A stretch of DNA of 63,987 bases, counting the filler, from Dimargaris cristalligena (lineage: Eukaryota): NCBI GenBank assembly GCA_003614675.1. It is 3 parts of 3 records of this genome, joined end to end, with 100 filler letters (N's around TTAATTAATTAA, not from the genome) between each part and the next. Parts side by side here need not be neighbours in the genome. Positions count along the whole stretch, not along the records: positions 23,305 to 46,507 come from ML002617.1; positions 46,608 to 63,987 come from ML002805.1; 1 more part is not named here. One strand, 5' to 3'. The notes beneath the pieces are model-generated. The model did no database searches, was not told where the DNA came from, and saw only the letters and a program-made list of their open reading frames with translations. A program made the position numbers and the translations under genes. Of the stretch, positions 39,001-51,029 are shown in pieces (positions within the stretch are counted from its first letter, which is position 1; each line of letters begins with the position of its first letter).

Positions 39001-39562
39001 AATGGGGCGCATAGGGAGATGGTGGGATCGCATTTAGTATAATCGGACGATGCTATACTATAGCCGGACTAGCTAAGTGCGAGGCATAGCAATGGTCAAC
39101 TCCGGCTGCAGTAGGAAGAACATTTGCCGTATACATACAAGTATGGGTGCATTTCCTTGGTGTGGCCCCACGAGTCAATAAAGAATACATTATAATAAAG
39201 CTGTGGACTTGCGAATTACCTGCTAGACGGGCGTCCCAGGCTAGTTTACCCTGCATAGCCTCTGTATACTTTCGCGTTCCTGCCCTCCAGTTCATCGCTC
39301 GACACCAGTTGGGCAATGCGGCCACCGACGATTCTGGGCCCTGATTCTCTAGGGCCATGAGCACATCGTGGAATTCGATACGCGTCCGGCCGGCATAGTT
39401 AGCGTGGAATTTGGCAGCCAGCGCGAGTTGCTGTAAATAGTCAATGAAGAGATCGCCTAGAGCGGCCAATGTAGAGGCTTGAAAACGATCGTAACGCGTA
39501 TGGTAAAACAGGATCTTGGCGATGATCTGCCGCAAAACGACCTTTAGAAACGGATCGGCCAT
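36091..39562 (-). CDS. TAF3: TFIID subunit TAF3-like: N-terminal bromodomain-associated histone fold, long low-complexity linker, C-terminal PHD finger; exons 39562-~39220 and 38954-36091
   Basis: Histone fold YDRFQASTLAALGDLFIDYLQQLA...[59 protein letters not shown]. A phase-1 GT donor and gatcAG acceptor join the two ORFs in frame. Confidence 0.8.
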
Positions 39563-40932
39563 GAAGCGCAAAGCATCGGGGATAGGAGAAAGATTCGGCT
39601 GATTGCGACGGTGTGGTGCGGGGAGGAGGGGTTTGGGTAGGTGAGTTAGGTGTAAATGAGACAATGCTATGGTAGATGAAAAGATGTAAGACCCACCGGT
39701 TTAAAGAAAAACGGGTAATTCAATAAAGCAGCCTTTGGTATTGAAATGAGGGTATGCCTGAAGTATGTTCAAGGTGGAATTGGCTAGAACAGTGGTATGA
39801 AGGAAGATGCGTATGCTCTTGCTATCGCAGAGATGGGACAGTAGAAGGGTGTATGCTTGAATCGGACTAGTCCCGTTATCGGTAGGAAACGGGAAATCGG
39901 TTAAGCTATCCGCGGTGAAAAGAATGAGGAACTAATCAGTAAGTTCGAGGCAATTATGAGCTGTCGAAATGAAGAAAAAGGTTGGTGATGCGTAAGTAAG
40001 GTGTGTGTGTGGTGTGTGGGAGCAGATCACCCCGTTTCTCTTTGTATATATGTGTCACGTCTAACGCGAATCAGGAAGACTGGCTCCCTTGGCCTTCGAA
40101 TATAGCCTTTTTGGCCACTATCACTTATAATACTAACAGCTAGTCAGAACCCCGGGAGAGTTACGAAGAATTGGACTTTGCCAAGCAACCAATGTGTGCG
40201 TTATGCGGGGTTTCGTGACGCGTAGAGGGGACACTTCCGGAACGGAACACACTCTTGTTAGTAATGAATGTACACAACGAACGGAAGAATAGGTGAAAAA
40301 GTATATAATAAAAGCAGGAATGAACAATAGCCCATTCGCGATGGACGAGTACTCGGGGTCCAGGTATAGATACCATGGTCCAGAAGCCCAGGCCAGTCAG
40401 AGCTCACTGGGACGTGAGAATTTTACTACTTGGCAGTCCACGCTTAGACAGCCCTAACTGCCCCAGGTCAACTATCTAAAACATTGCAGCCAAGACCCTT
40501 GCCTGTAGATTACCATCATCAACGAATAACTCCCCCATCTCTTTCATTATTTAAGAGGAACTAAAGCGTGATACACTCCAGTAACTATGGAACATATGTG
40601 GTATATTTTTTTCATAAATACCTTTAGACATCACTGCGGGTTTCATTAAGCCACAATATGGCTAAACCCCCACTTTCCTGCTCGGACTTTGAAGCCACTA
40701 AGTAAGCTATCGTATAAAAAGGGCGGGCAACAATCTAAGCTTCCCAATATTTGGTATTACGCCCTCTTTAATACATACTCAATAAACAGATTCTATAGTT
40801 TTCTAATCCAATTTTATTTCAATGCATTAATTTTGGTCATTAAGATTATACCGTAGCCCATCGATGACTTCGGCACTAATACTAGAAAAATTAAACTAAG
40901 GGAAGGGCTAATAAATATAAATCAGTTCATTC

Positions 40933-41217
40933 CTAAAAATGGGAATCAAACCTGACGAAATTTTGAACGATACGGGGCGGCTTTATGGTGGCGATGGTTG
41001 GGACCGCGGGGGCATTTGCGCTATCAGTAGGGGTGGCGGGGGGAGTGATATTCAATTCGGATTCGGGAGTAACCAGCCTTATAGGAGAAACGGTATTGAT
41101 GGTGGCTGTCGAAGTGGTGTCCGTACCGTCGTTTTGGTTGGTCGGGTCGTCGATGGGCATAGCATATGGCAAAGGGAGACATGTCGCCAAAACCATTACG
41201 AAAAGAACTATACGCAT
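40933..41217 (-). CDS. Small secreted T/P-rich protein (94 aa)
   Basis: Signal peptide MRIVLFVMVLATCLPLPYA followed by MPIDD... Thr/Pro-rich body. Confidence 0.65.
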   Translation of the reverse strand: MRIVLFVMVLATCLPLPYAMPIDDPTNQNDGTDTTSTATINTVSPIRLVTPESELNITPPATPTDSANAPAVPTIATIKPPRIVQNFVRFDSHF

Positions 41218-43082
41218 TATGGGTAATTGAGGAGTGTTAATATATACTGACACCAGTGGGGTGTTTGCGAAGTTAGTCGGAGGACTCAATACAATTTACT
41301 CAAATGAGCAATCGAAGAATGTCGTTCAATTAATAACAGGTACCAGAAAATTAGGTAAAATCCCGGATATATCAGCAAACAATAAATGATTGGCTTGAAT
41401 TTTGCAAAGTATTGGAGCTAAATAGGCTGTACTAAGTACAAGTTTACTAGAGGAGGCTGATGGGGGGTGAATTAAAGGAAGATGGAAGTAAATTTGGGGC
41501 AGTATTAACGAAATAGTATATTTAATAGGTTCCGTACCTAGGGAGTCAGTGGGTATATATACGAGGGGGTCACAGTGAAGGGGCGGGGGCTCCAGGACCA
41601 GTATGTTCTAGTGTCTCATTCTACCCGACAAATGGGCGCCAAGGAAGGATGGAAAGAGGGGAGCTGGCAAGGGGGGGGGGAGTGGTAAGTTTAGATTGAA
41701 ATGCAGCACACACGAGCTGAATAGACCATTGTAACTTGACCGATGTGGTTATAGTATCCGCCGCTTTTTGGTTGGGTAGGCCTTAAGATTCCCGTTAGTC
41801 GAGACAAACGACGGGGGCCATAAGTAGGAATTCTGAATTGGGCTCCCTTGTCTTCTAGGACAAGGGTATAGAGGTGGGCCTCGTTAAATAGGAAGGTCTC
41901 GGGCCTTTAGTCTAGGGTAAAGGGCGGACAGCGGAGGTCAAGGGTTGTGTGGCTGGCTGCCTCCGCCTAGCCCCAACAAGTCGCTTCTACAAGAATTTGC
42001 CTGATGGTCAGCTAGGCCATGGATTAGAGTAGACGATAATTTACGCTATACTCGCCATAGTAAGGGATTTGTATGGACCCTGCCCTACCTTCTAGAGCAC
42101 CTTCTGTTCTACCACGAAACAATAACTTCGTCGTATTTACTGGGCTATATTGGCTCTTGCTAATAAACCATCATTAGGCCCGAATTAATAGTTCAAGTTA
42201 AAGTACTCACAGTAAAGTGCGGTCACAAGATTTGCTTTGGTAGTTTCCAGAAAAACAACGGGAAAGACAAGAGTAGAAGGTATATAAAAAGAGAATGGCA
42301 TGTATAGATGTGGGTATAGAGTGGTCTATGTTGGCAACTGGATTTCCAGTGTAAAAGGTAAACGGTGAGCTGGGGGTACGGGCGAAGTCAACAAGGGGCC
42401 CAGTCCAGTATTGGGAAATTTAAAATGCCGGCTACCCCTGCCGCTCAGTCTCTCTGCCTGCTCTGCGCTATTATTTTCTTGTTAAAGGAGGACCTCCACC
42501 AACCAAAAAATAGCTTCGAGATACGATAAGTTCCTTGATAAATTAGCCACGCCATGGATTGGCCTGCCTTTATAAAGGTAGCTGTAGCTAGTAGAAGGTG
42601 CAGGGCGGAGGTATAGTATTCCGGACTTGGCGGAGGCACAGCCAAATCCTCCCCAACCTGCCTTTCCCTCTCATTCAGGTTAGGTCGACCTTTCTCTGAG
42701 TCTATTAACCAATGTGTCCCTTTCCACTTTTTATCGAACTCTTTCCGATTCCCACTGTAAAAAGTACAATGGTTCAAGGTAATTACCTTGCTAAATAATA
42801 GGGCACTGAATGCCGCTTGATTAGTTTCCTCCAACCCAGTGGAGTAATACATTTATTATTATACAACGGCAAACGTAGAAGTAATACATTTAAAGAAAAG
42901 CGGAGGAACGGGCATGGCCTCCGCTGGTAAAATGGTAGGTATGGATTATTAGCCAATCACTCTAGAACTCGCCCCATACTCTTTAATCGATAAATAGGGC
43001 GTTGCAAAGTGGTGAAAAAGTCAGGGAAATAGTTATACAATCGATAGAAGCCTTACAAGGCCCATTAATTTAAATTGTTTCT

Positions 43083-43388
43083 TTACATTGTAGTTTTCGG
43101 AGGGCATTTGGTAGCAGGAGGGGCTGGGGTAGGAGCCGGCTCTTGCGGACACTCTTCCTTGTCACCACCCATACCGTTACGACGGAAAATACGGCGAACA
43201 TCTCCGTTGATAGAGCGACGGTGCATGGTACCACCGCTGCAGTCCTTTTCGCCATTACGACGGAGCAGGTGCTGTTTACTCTGAGATTGGTCAACGCCAG
43301 CCCGAACCGGAGTAAGGAAACCAATGGGCATAGACAGCATAATGCTGCAAAGCAGAACAGCAGTGACGGCTAAAGTACGAAGAGCCAT
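43083..43388 (-). CDS. Small secreted protein with dibasic (RR) sites and a duplicated RRNG...C motif (101 aa)
   Basis: Signal peptide MALRTLAVTAVLLCSIMLS; HLLRRNGEKDC and RIFRRNGMGGDKEEC; Pro-rich tail. Confidence 0.65.
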   Translation of the reverse strand: MALRTLAVTAVLLCSIMLSMPIGFLTPVRAGVDQSQSKQHLLRRNGEKDCSGGTMHRRSINGDVRRIFRRNGMGGDKEECPQEPAPTPAPPATKCPPKTTM

Positions 43389-45799
43389 GGTAATAAATGA
43401 ACCTATTGGTACTAGGAATAGTACAGGGAAGTGGGTGGGCTGGGTTGAAGGGGGCAGGGCAAAGTGATGGTGCCAGAAAAAGGAGATTATCCCAATAGTC
43501 CTGCTGTGTTTTTGATAAACGGGAATAGTGATCGAACAAGTCGTTGATAATCAATAATAGATAATTAACTAGGTATACACCCAATTCTAGTCGCTTAAAA
43601 TGAAATAAGGGGGACCGTATAAAATGTATTCTTCAATGAAACGGTAAAGTTGGCAGAATATATAAGGTCACCAAAAGTCCAGCTGGTAGTGCCGATTAGT
43701 AGATGGAAAATATAAATACTGACGGTTTTGCCAATCAACGATTAGTATTAATGTGTGTATTAGTAGAGTATCTAAGTAAAGTGAATTGTTCGATGCAGTT
43801 AGACGGGGGGAGACTAGTTGAGGTTTATATATCCAACCGGATATTATGGAGGAGGGCCCTTTAGAGCCGGCGTAGCCTTAGTTTGTCTCCCTCCACCAAG
43901 GCAAACAAGCGCCAATGCCAATTTCTACCGTGTTGGTGCTCAACGGGCTACACTATCCATTCCACTGTCGCCCTTTCCCGTTTAGCTAGCAGGCCTAATG
44001 AGAACAATTCAAGAGACTGGCTGTACAACCGCCGTTGAATAGGAAGAACCCGTGGACGGATCCAACCTGGGGAATGCCCCCGGTCATAAAGTTGATTTGG
44101 GACCCCTCCTAGCACCGCTGCGGTGACTACCCTACCCCCCCCTGCCTATAATTTTTGGACGTTCCCGAGCCTGCCTCCAGTGAAGGCATTTAAAGGCTTT
44201 TTTGTAGTGGACCACAGCGTATCCCTGAAATTGGACTTTGCCCGCCTATTCTATATCGCCATGTCTTTACGAATAACTAATGGTCAAGGGGGCGCGCAAG
44301 TCCGAAAGTTCGGGCCCCCCGCCTCCCCCCGATTCCCCTGCTCGCCTTCTCTCTCTCTCCTTCTGCACTGGAGGACTTTCCTCCCATCGATGTGGGGGCG
44401 ACAATCCGTTATTCTAGCCCGATAACAATGGTAAGGACGATATCAAGAAGAGAGTGGCCGGAAGGAAGAGTGGCAAACCGAAGTTCTGGAATATACCCCT
44501 GGTCACCTTGTTGGCTTAAAGCCCAATAAGGGTGCTAGTATACTATCCATTTGATATGGAGCGGGCATTCGGAGACGAGTGGGTATAATAGTGGTGCTGG
44601 GTAGGCAAGGGTGGAATATTTTCACCATGACTACTTGGAATATACTGCATTTTTTTCGGTAGTCAATTCCGGTGAACTTTCCTTATTTAAGGTGGCCAAT
44701 CAAGCCCAAGGCTAGGGTCCGCTTTGGGCGGCCATTTTCAGACGACTACTCATGACTATTAACTCGGGACCATTCGATGGTGCTATAACCAGACCTCAGT
44801 ATGGGTAAGCTTGAGATTTGGTGATACAGTCGGCAGGCGTGCTATAGCCAGTTAATGTAAACTACTGAATGATTTTTCATTCAATTTGTGCTCAATTTTT
44901 AGATGGTGCAGGGTTTTGGCCAGCATTCGTCGAGAAGCTTGGCCGTTTCACCAACTGTCACCTCGCTCTCTAGTTTCTCTCCTTTAAGCTGTTATTTTTT
45001 GTCGGAGAGGAAATGATTTGCACAAATGGGACCCTCTTTGGTGATAAATAACGGCAAATTGATTTATAATTGGCCTTGTAGTTTTATAGTGATAGAGAAT
45101 ACATGTATATCCTCCTTATTATCATTTTCAAGTGAATAAATATAAGTGTAGTGAATTGGAATCTCAATTTGAGATTATAGGGCATTCACTTTTTGACTAT
45201 ACATATCTACTCACGCTAAACTCGTTCCGTTAAACGGGTCTTTCGGTATACAGTTGGGGCTGAACATTTTTACGTTAAAAGTGAAACCCCGGATGGTTGT
45301 TTTTCTCCGCCATTGAGCTACTCCAACCACTCCAAGTAGACCAATGGTTTGGCGCTTAGGTGATGTGCAAGTATAAAGGAGTGCATTTCTAGAGGCGAAG
45401 GAAGGCAAAAGGGAGTAGGACCAGTCATCAGATACCAGCTCGGTGAACCACTAAGATTACAGTCTATGTGGCTGCGCTGTGCTTTGGAGAGTGTAGGAAG
45501 GGGCGGCTGGGCAAATGAATGTATACTGACGTATTAGAAGCCAATTGGGCAGCTCGCTGCTGTGCAAGCCTCACACACTAAAGAATGCCCAAGCAGCGAC
45601 GTAAGCCGCATTGGCCCGATATTTTTTCGATCTGTTTCGACGCACGAGCCTCCTCCTCAATAAGATAACCATAGACTGATATACACTGGAGAGGAGGGCC
45701 ATTTCTTATGCCTCTAGACCTGGTCCATGAACCGCTATTTCTCTTTTCCCATTTCTTTCCCATTTACCCCCATTGCCACATTCTCTCCCATTCCCAGCC

Positions 45800-46418
45800 A
45801 TGAGCTTTTCTAAACTAGCCCGGTGGTCCCGCATTCCCCCTGCCCGGGCGTTGTTGGCCCATTCGACCAGCCCCGCCCGACTCGCCTCACCGCTTCGCCT
45901 CAAATCGACCTGGACCGCTACTTCTACCTCCCCTACTTCTACTACCGCCAAAGTAAACCACACCAACAACCACGTCAGCCCAGAGGCACCCCTTTACTCC
46001 GTTTTACCTCTGACCAGTGGTCAAGAGTCCTTTTGGTGCGATATCGAACGCTATGGTGTTAAGCGACCCAAGTCGGACACGGGTGTGACCGAGCCCGCGG
46101 ATAAACCCCCGTTGGTTTACAAGCGCATGACCGACTCTTATTGCCGATTTATCCTCCCTTTCAAGGACCAGCCCAATTTACTGTACGAGTACATCAACGT
46201 GCACGGTAATATTCGCATTGGCCGAATCTTGGAGGAACTCGATAAATTGGCCGGGGCCGTCAGTTACCGCCACTGCAGTGGTAGCGACCAGCGGGTGGGG
46301 CCCTTGACTATTGTTACGGCCTCGGTGGATCGTATCGAACTGTTTCGGCCCATGGACAAGGACCACAATTACCAGTTTTCCGGCAAAGTATGCCATGTAG
46401 GGACTAGTTCCATGGAAA
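45800..46418 (+). CDS. Mitochondrial HotDog-fold acyl-CoA thioesterase (ACOT9-like), first exon; remainder lost in the gap
   Basis: KRMTDSY..ILPF..YINVHGNIRIGRILEELDKLAGAVSYRH..TIVTASVDRI..GKVCHVGTSSME; Arg/Ser-rich presequence; GTAAGT donor at 46419. Confidence 0.9.
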
Positions 46419-46507
46419 GTAAGTAATATACATTATCCTGCCGGGCTTTCGGGGGGGGGGGGGGGGGTTAGTTTGGGATGGGCCCAATGCATAACTCATT
46501 TTTTATT

Positions 46508-46607
46508 NNNNNNNNNNNNNNNNNNNNNNNNNNNNNNNNNNNNNNNNNNNNTTAATTAATTAANNNNNNNNNNNNNNNNNNNNNNNNNNNNNNNNNNNNN
46601 NNNNNNN
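46508..46607. other. Assembly gap (100 bp, N run with TTAATTAATTAA spacer)
   Basis: Same structure as 23205-23304. Confidence 0.98.
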
Positions 46608-46672
46608 GTACATCATCGGTGACATCACCAAAGCTTAAGGGTGTTCAGTACCTGTCACAACAACACCAAGAT

Positions 46673-46745
46673 GCCTGTTTGGCTCAGTTGGCAGAGCGTC
46701 TGCCTAGTAAGCAGAAGGTCTTCAGTTCGATTCTGGAAATAGGCA
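46673..46745 (+). tRNA. tRNA-Thr (anticodon AGT), intronless
   Basis: Cloverleaf: acceptor GCCTGTT/AATAGGC, D arm GCTC-AGTTGGCA-GAGC, anticodon arm TCTGC-CT AGT AA-GCAGA, T arm TTCAG-TTCGATT-CTGGA; T-runs downstream (Pol III terminator). Confidence 0.96.
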
Positions 46746-47528
46746 ATTATTTTTATTTTTGTGGCATTGTTTGTAATGCATGGCGCTGGGGAGACTCTTT
46801 CCGTGCATAACCCTGCATAGTTCCACCTATTTTGCCGCATAATCGATGCTACGCATGAGAACATAAATTAGATAACAGCGTGTTTTTGGGGGTGTAGTTA
46901 TATTTACTAATATATATAGATGAGCTGGCCTTTACAGCTTTAATAGTGACTACACCAAGAGTCCCAGTGATTTGTATTCCTCGACGGTCTCAACTGTGGC
47001 TAATGAGTTGAGTGATAGTTTAATTTCCCAGTGGCCTTTGTACTCGTCTTCGGCTTAGGTTGGTCCATTGTAGCCTTTTCGAAAACGACTAGGCAAAATT
47101 GTAATACTATAGATTCCTCTGCCTGCGACCAAACTGTGGTTTCTTAGTGTGCTTCAATAAAGGGCGCTGTTGTTTTGGTCATATACCGCGGCTAATTTTG
47201 TATCGGTAGGGGTTACACAACCCAATCTGAGAGCCAAGCCAATATAATGGCGGAGACCACATTCGTTTCATTCCTCTCTTTGTAGATTTTTATCATGCCC
47301 CACACCGCAGGGCCTGAACCCCCTCCCCCCTCTCTATTTTCTCCCTCATTTATTATTTCCCTTTATTTTCCTATTTACATATTCAATATATTACATTCTA
47401 TTTATTTTTTCTCTCTGATTAGGCATTAAACACTCGTATAAAATTGCCTTGAACCAACTGACCATCTCCATTTAATCACACTCCGTATTTTTTATTTGTC
47501 TACAGTCTTAATTTTATATATCGCCCAT

Positions 47529-49280
47529 ATGAGGTTTGTTCTACTATTTATTACCGTGATTGTTGCGGGGCCAGTTACCACCACCATACACGGTTCCGTT
47601 GGGCAGACCTTACCTCCAGAATTGAATATTATGATTGTAAATTACTTGAAAACTTACGGAGAGCAGCTAGCTTTGGCGCAAGTCAATCGATTGTGGAAGG
47701 CGACCATTGCGAGCCTGCGCATCAAGGCAATTCAAAAGGTAAATTACGAACTATACGGACAATTATTTTCCGGGTTTATTTGGCCCTAGTTTGATATTAT
47801 TCAAGTCTAATTTGGAAGGGTCGGAGATGGAGAGTGGGGGAATGCGTGTGTGTGTTTTTGAATATCTCTTTCCTTTACAACAACTAATCGTTTGAATCTG
47901 GCCTAGTACTTGGTCCCTCCCTAGCTCTTTTTTTATTTTTTATGAAGTCAATTCGATTGGGTATTTTTTGTGCACACCAAAGTTCGTCGATATAATCAGT
48001 CTAAATACTCCCATCTTCTTTTTTGAATATTCATTTTATTTTTCAATTTAATGATTTTATTATTTAACCGCTTACCCTTCTAGGCCATAGAAGCCCTTCC
48101 CGAAATCCGAGCCCAACTAAGTAACGCCCCATCGGCCGCGGACGCGGACCAAGCTTTTGATCGGGTGTACCCTTTAATCGACGGGTTTATAGTTCCGGGG
48201 TTTGTCCACACGGAAATCTACTACAACCTGCAGGTGCTTGGTTACGATTATCGCCGGGGTGAGCTTAGACCCCGCGGGGCCGCTGGGAATCGTCCCCGGG
48301 GGCGAAGACCTGTTCCCGCCCCTCCCAACCTCGGCCTTGACCTTGACCCTGGTCTGACCCTACCGGACCTAGTTGCGGCCTTCCGACCCGCCTTAAAACA
48401 GTTGCACCAAAGTACAGAGTTATATGACATTGCCGGAATGGACGACACTATACTGGCCGCCTTTGTGCCTATTCTGCACCTCGCCCTATCTGGGAGCGAT
48501 AACGCGGCTAATTCGGACTCAGAGGCAGGGACAGGGACATGGACAGGTGAGAGTAAGGATACGGGTTCGCAACCGCTGTGGGAAATCACCCTAGGCCATC
48601 TGTTTCACCTGGTCGGAACCGAAGGGTTTAGCCAGGCCCTACGGCGTCGCTGGGCCACCCCTATCACCACCACCGCTACCGCCGCCATTGGGCTTCTCCC
48701 AGCCACACATATTGAGTTCGCTCGCCAGCTGCGTGAAGCCCGTTGGCAGGATATCCCCGATGACCCGGTCCGAACGATGATGGCGGACCGTGCCTATCTA
48801 CAGGAAACAGCCAACTGGTATCAGGGTGCGGTGCTATCGACGGTCCTGCTGGGGCTAGCTGCCCGGCCCCGCGTAGGGAATACTAATAAGAATACGAAGA
48901 CAGCGGAGGAGGAAGGGGGTAGTGGAGAGTACCATCATACGTGGTCCATGCTCGAGGCCGCCAGTCAGGCCCTGACCCAATGGCCCCGGGCCGCGGATTC
49001 ATCCGCTCTCTTTTTATTACAAGTAGGGGTCCACTACGGGAACGAGGAATTGGTCCGGGAGTTACTGGCCCAAGTGGCCCAAACACCGAAATTGGTCCCG
49101 CTGATGTATAGCTGTGCCCTTCAATCGGGGTGGACTACCATCGCCGACCGGTTGTTGGCCATCGATCCCCAGGTCAAGGGCATGGCAGGGTATTGTGACC
49201 GGCTGGCAATGAGGGCCATGCCCCTTCGCGTGGACACCAGTGGCCGTCTTGCCCTTCGGATTTATCGCGATTCCATGTAA
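47529..49280 (+). CDS. Secreted F-box protein (signal peptide + F-box + unknown helical C-terminal domain), ~468 aa; exons 47529-47738 and 48084-49280
   Basis: Signal peptide MRFVLLFITVIVAGPVTT; F-box TLPPELNIMIVNYLKTYGEQLALAQVNRLWKA. A phase-0 intron GTAAAT(47739)...cttctAG(48083) is in frame with ORF 48165-49280. Confidence 0.8.
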
Positions 49281-49697
49281 TACCAGGGCTATACAATATA
49301 CATATATATATATATTTATGTATATTGGCCACGAAATTCAGGTACCAAATTAAAGTGTGGGTAAAAGGATAGGAGGGATCCTAGGTTTACTTTTGGATTA
49401 AGCTATCCCCAAAATTTATTATACGCCGAAAGGTCTAAAAATAAAAATAAAAATAAATACTGAAATTATAAATAGCCGCAGGAATTGGAGGTTTTAGTAC
49501 ACTCAGACGGTTAACCAAAGCGTGCATTTTACATTGTACATGGTGGTTGGATGGCTAGGGTGAATAGGAAATTGGAAATTGAAATTTTGAAACTGGGACA
49601 GCGGGTTAAAGGCGAGAGGATAGCGTAGGTTACGTTAAGTTAGGTTAGATTAGGGGGGTATGCCCCCCTCTTCCACCTACATCACCACTCCGCGTAA

Positions 49698-51029
49698 TTA
49701 CCATATCCGATTAAGAAACCGATAAGTCAGTTCCATACACAAGAAAGTAGCCGCATTGGCCGGAAAGGCCCACAGCATGGCCGGGGTAAACCCCCTAAAC
49801 AGCGCCCGGGGACCTTCTTTAGCCAATAATTCCTGCAGCACATCGCGCATGCCCCTCGGGTACTGGTGCGGCGACGTAGCCCCCTGCAGGCGCGATTTCA
49901 AAGTATCGATGGGTAGGGTCGTAATACCTTCCGTTAGGCCGGCCAATCCGCCGAAGAGGAAAATTGCCCCGGGGTGGATCTCGTCGGTATTGCCGTTATT
50001 GAACCGGGCCGACCATTGGCGACAGAGAATCTCGTAGGTCAGGAAATAAAACGCGTTGCCCGGGAGATCGCGACCCACGGTGGCGAACGTGCCCTGGAAG
50101 AGACTGCGTAAACCGCCGGTACGGTAGAGCCAACGGGTCGTTTGGAGAGTGGACATGGACGCTTGGGGGCCGGCGGATACTTTGGCAGCTAGAGAGGCGG
50201 CCCCTCCTCCCCGTGAGGCAGTCGAAGAAGAAATTGATGAATAAGTAGAAGAAGAAGAGGAGGAGGAAGAACTGCTGCTACTGGCAGGGTTCTGAATCTG
50301 CATAATGACTTTGATCCGTTCCACGGGGCCCAGTAACAGGCCGGGCAATAGTGCCGAAAAAGCTCCGGCCATACCGATTTGGGCCAGACTAAGTTGGTCG
50401 GCCCGGGGCACGTTGGCCAAATCCGCTCCGGGAATGGCGTGGTTAAAGGGTCGGTCCGGGGTGGGTAGGAACGCCTCGGCTATCCGCAGTCCGACGTCGT
50501 AACCCCAGAAGGACAGGGCCACAATGGGGGTGGAGGTGGCCAGGGGAGGTAAAACGCCCCGGTAAAACCCCCGGAAACCCTCGAGACGGAAGGTGCCCCG
50601 GACCATGGACCAGGTAGTGGGTAAGCGGGACGCGACGACGGGGTGGGCGACCGTGCTGGAATGGTGGTGGGTTGAAGGTCCGCCATGACCACTTCCACTA
50701 CCTCCACTACCCCCCAACTGGCCTACTACTGCTACTACCCCGCGGCCAGGGGTAGCCACCGCCCTGACGGGCATGGTTTGTTGGCGTACTTTGATAAGAT
50801 CAAACGGGTGGCCCGCCAGGATCATGCCCACCCCTCCGACCGCCCCCGCGAGAAATGATTTGGCCGTCGAGTCGCTGGGCCGATCTTGAGTGTCGAGGTT
50901 CCGCGTAGAAGCCGCCGGGTTCGTACTATTGGCGCCGCCGGGGAGTAGCGCATTGCCGAGGGTGGGGGGATTGAGAGCGCTGGGCAGGTGCAGCCCCGTT
51001 TCTTTGGGCGAGGGATTGACGGTACTCAT
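49698..51029 (-). CDS. Mitochondrial carrier family protein, carnitine/acylcarnitine carrier-like (Crc1/SLC25A20)
   Basis: Three PxD/ExxKxR motifs (HPFDLIKVRQQ, PVERIKVIMQ, PIDTLKSRLQ), GFYRG, RDLPGNAFYFLTYE, AFPANAATF. Confidence 0.9.
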   Translation of the reverse strand: MSTVNPSPKETGLHLPSALNPPTLGNALLPGGANSTNPAASTRNLDTQDRPSDSTAKSFLAGAVGGVGMILAGHPFDLIKVRQQTMPVRAVATPGRGVVAVVGQLGGSGGSGSGHGGPSTHHHSSTVAHPVVASRLPTTWSMVRGTFRLEGFRGFYRGVLPPLATSTPIVALSFWGYDVGLRIAEAFLPTPDRPFNHAIPGADLANVPRADQLSLAQIGMAGAFSALLPGLLLGPVERIKVIMQIQNPASSSSSSSSSSSSTYSSISSSTASRGGGAASLAAKVSAGPQASMSTLQTTRWLYRTGGLRSLFQGTFATVGRDLPGNAFYFLTYEILCRQWSARFNNGNTDEIHPGAIFLFGGLAGLTEGITTLPIDTLKSRLQGATSPHQYPRGMRDVLQELLAKEGPRALFRGFTPAMLWAFPANAATFLCMELTYRFLNRIW

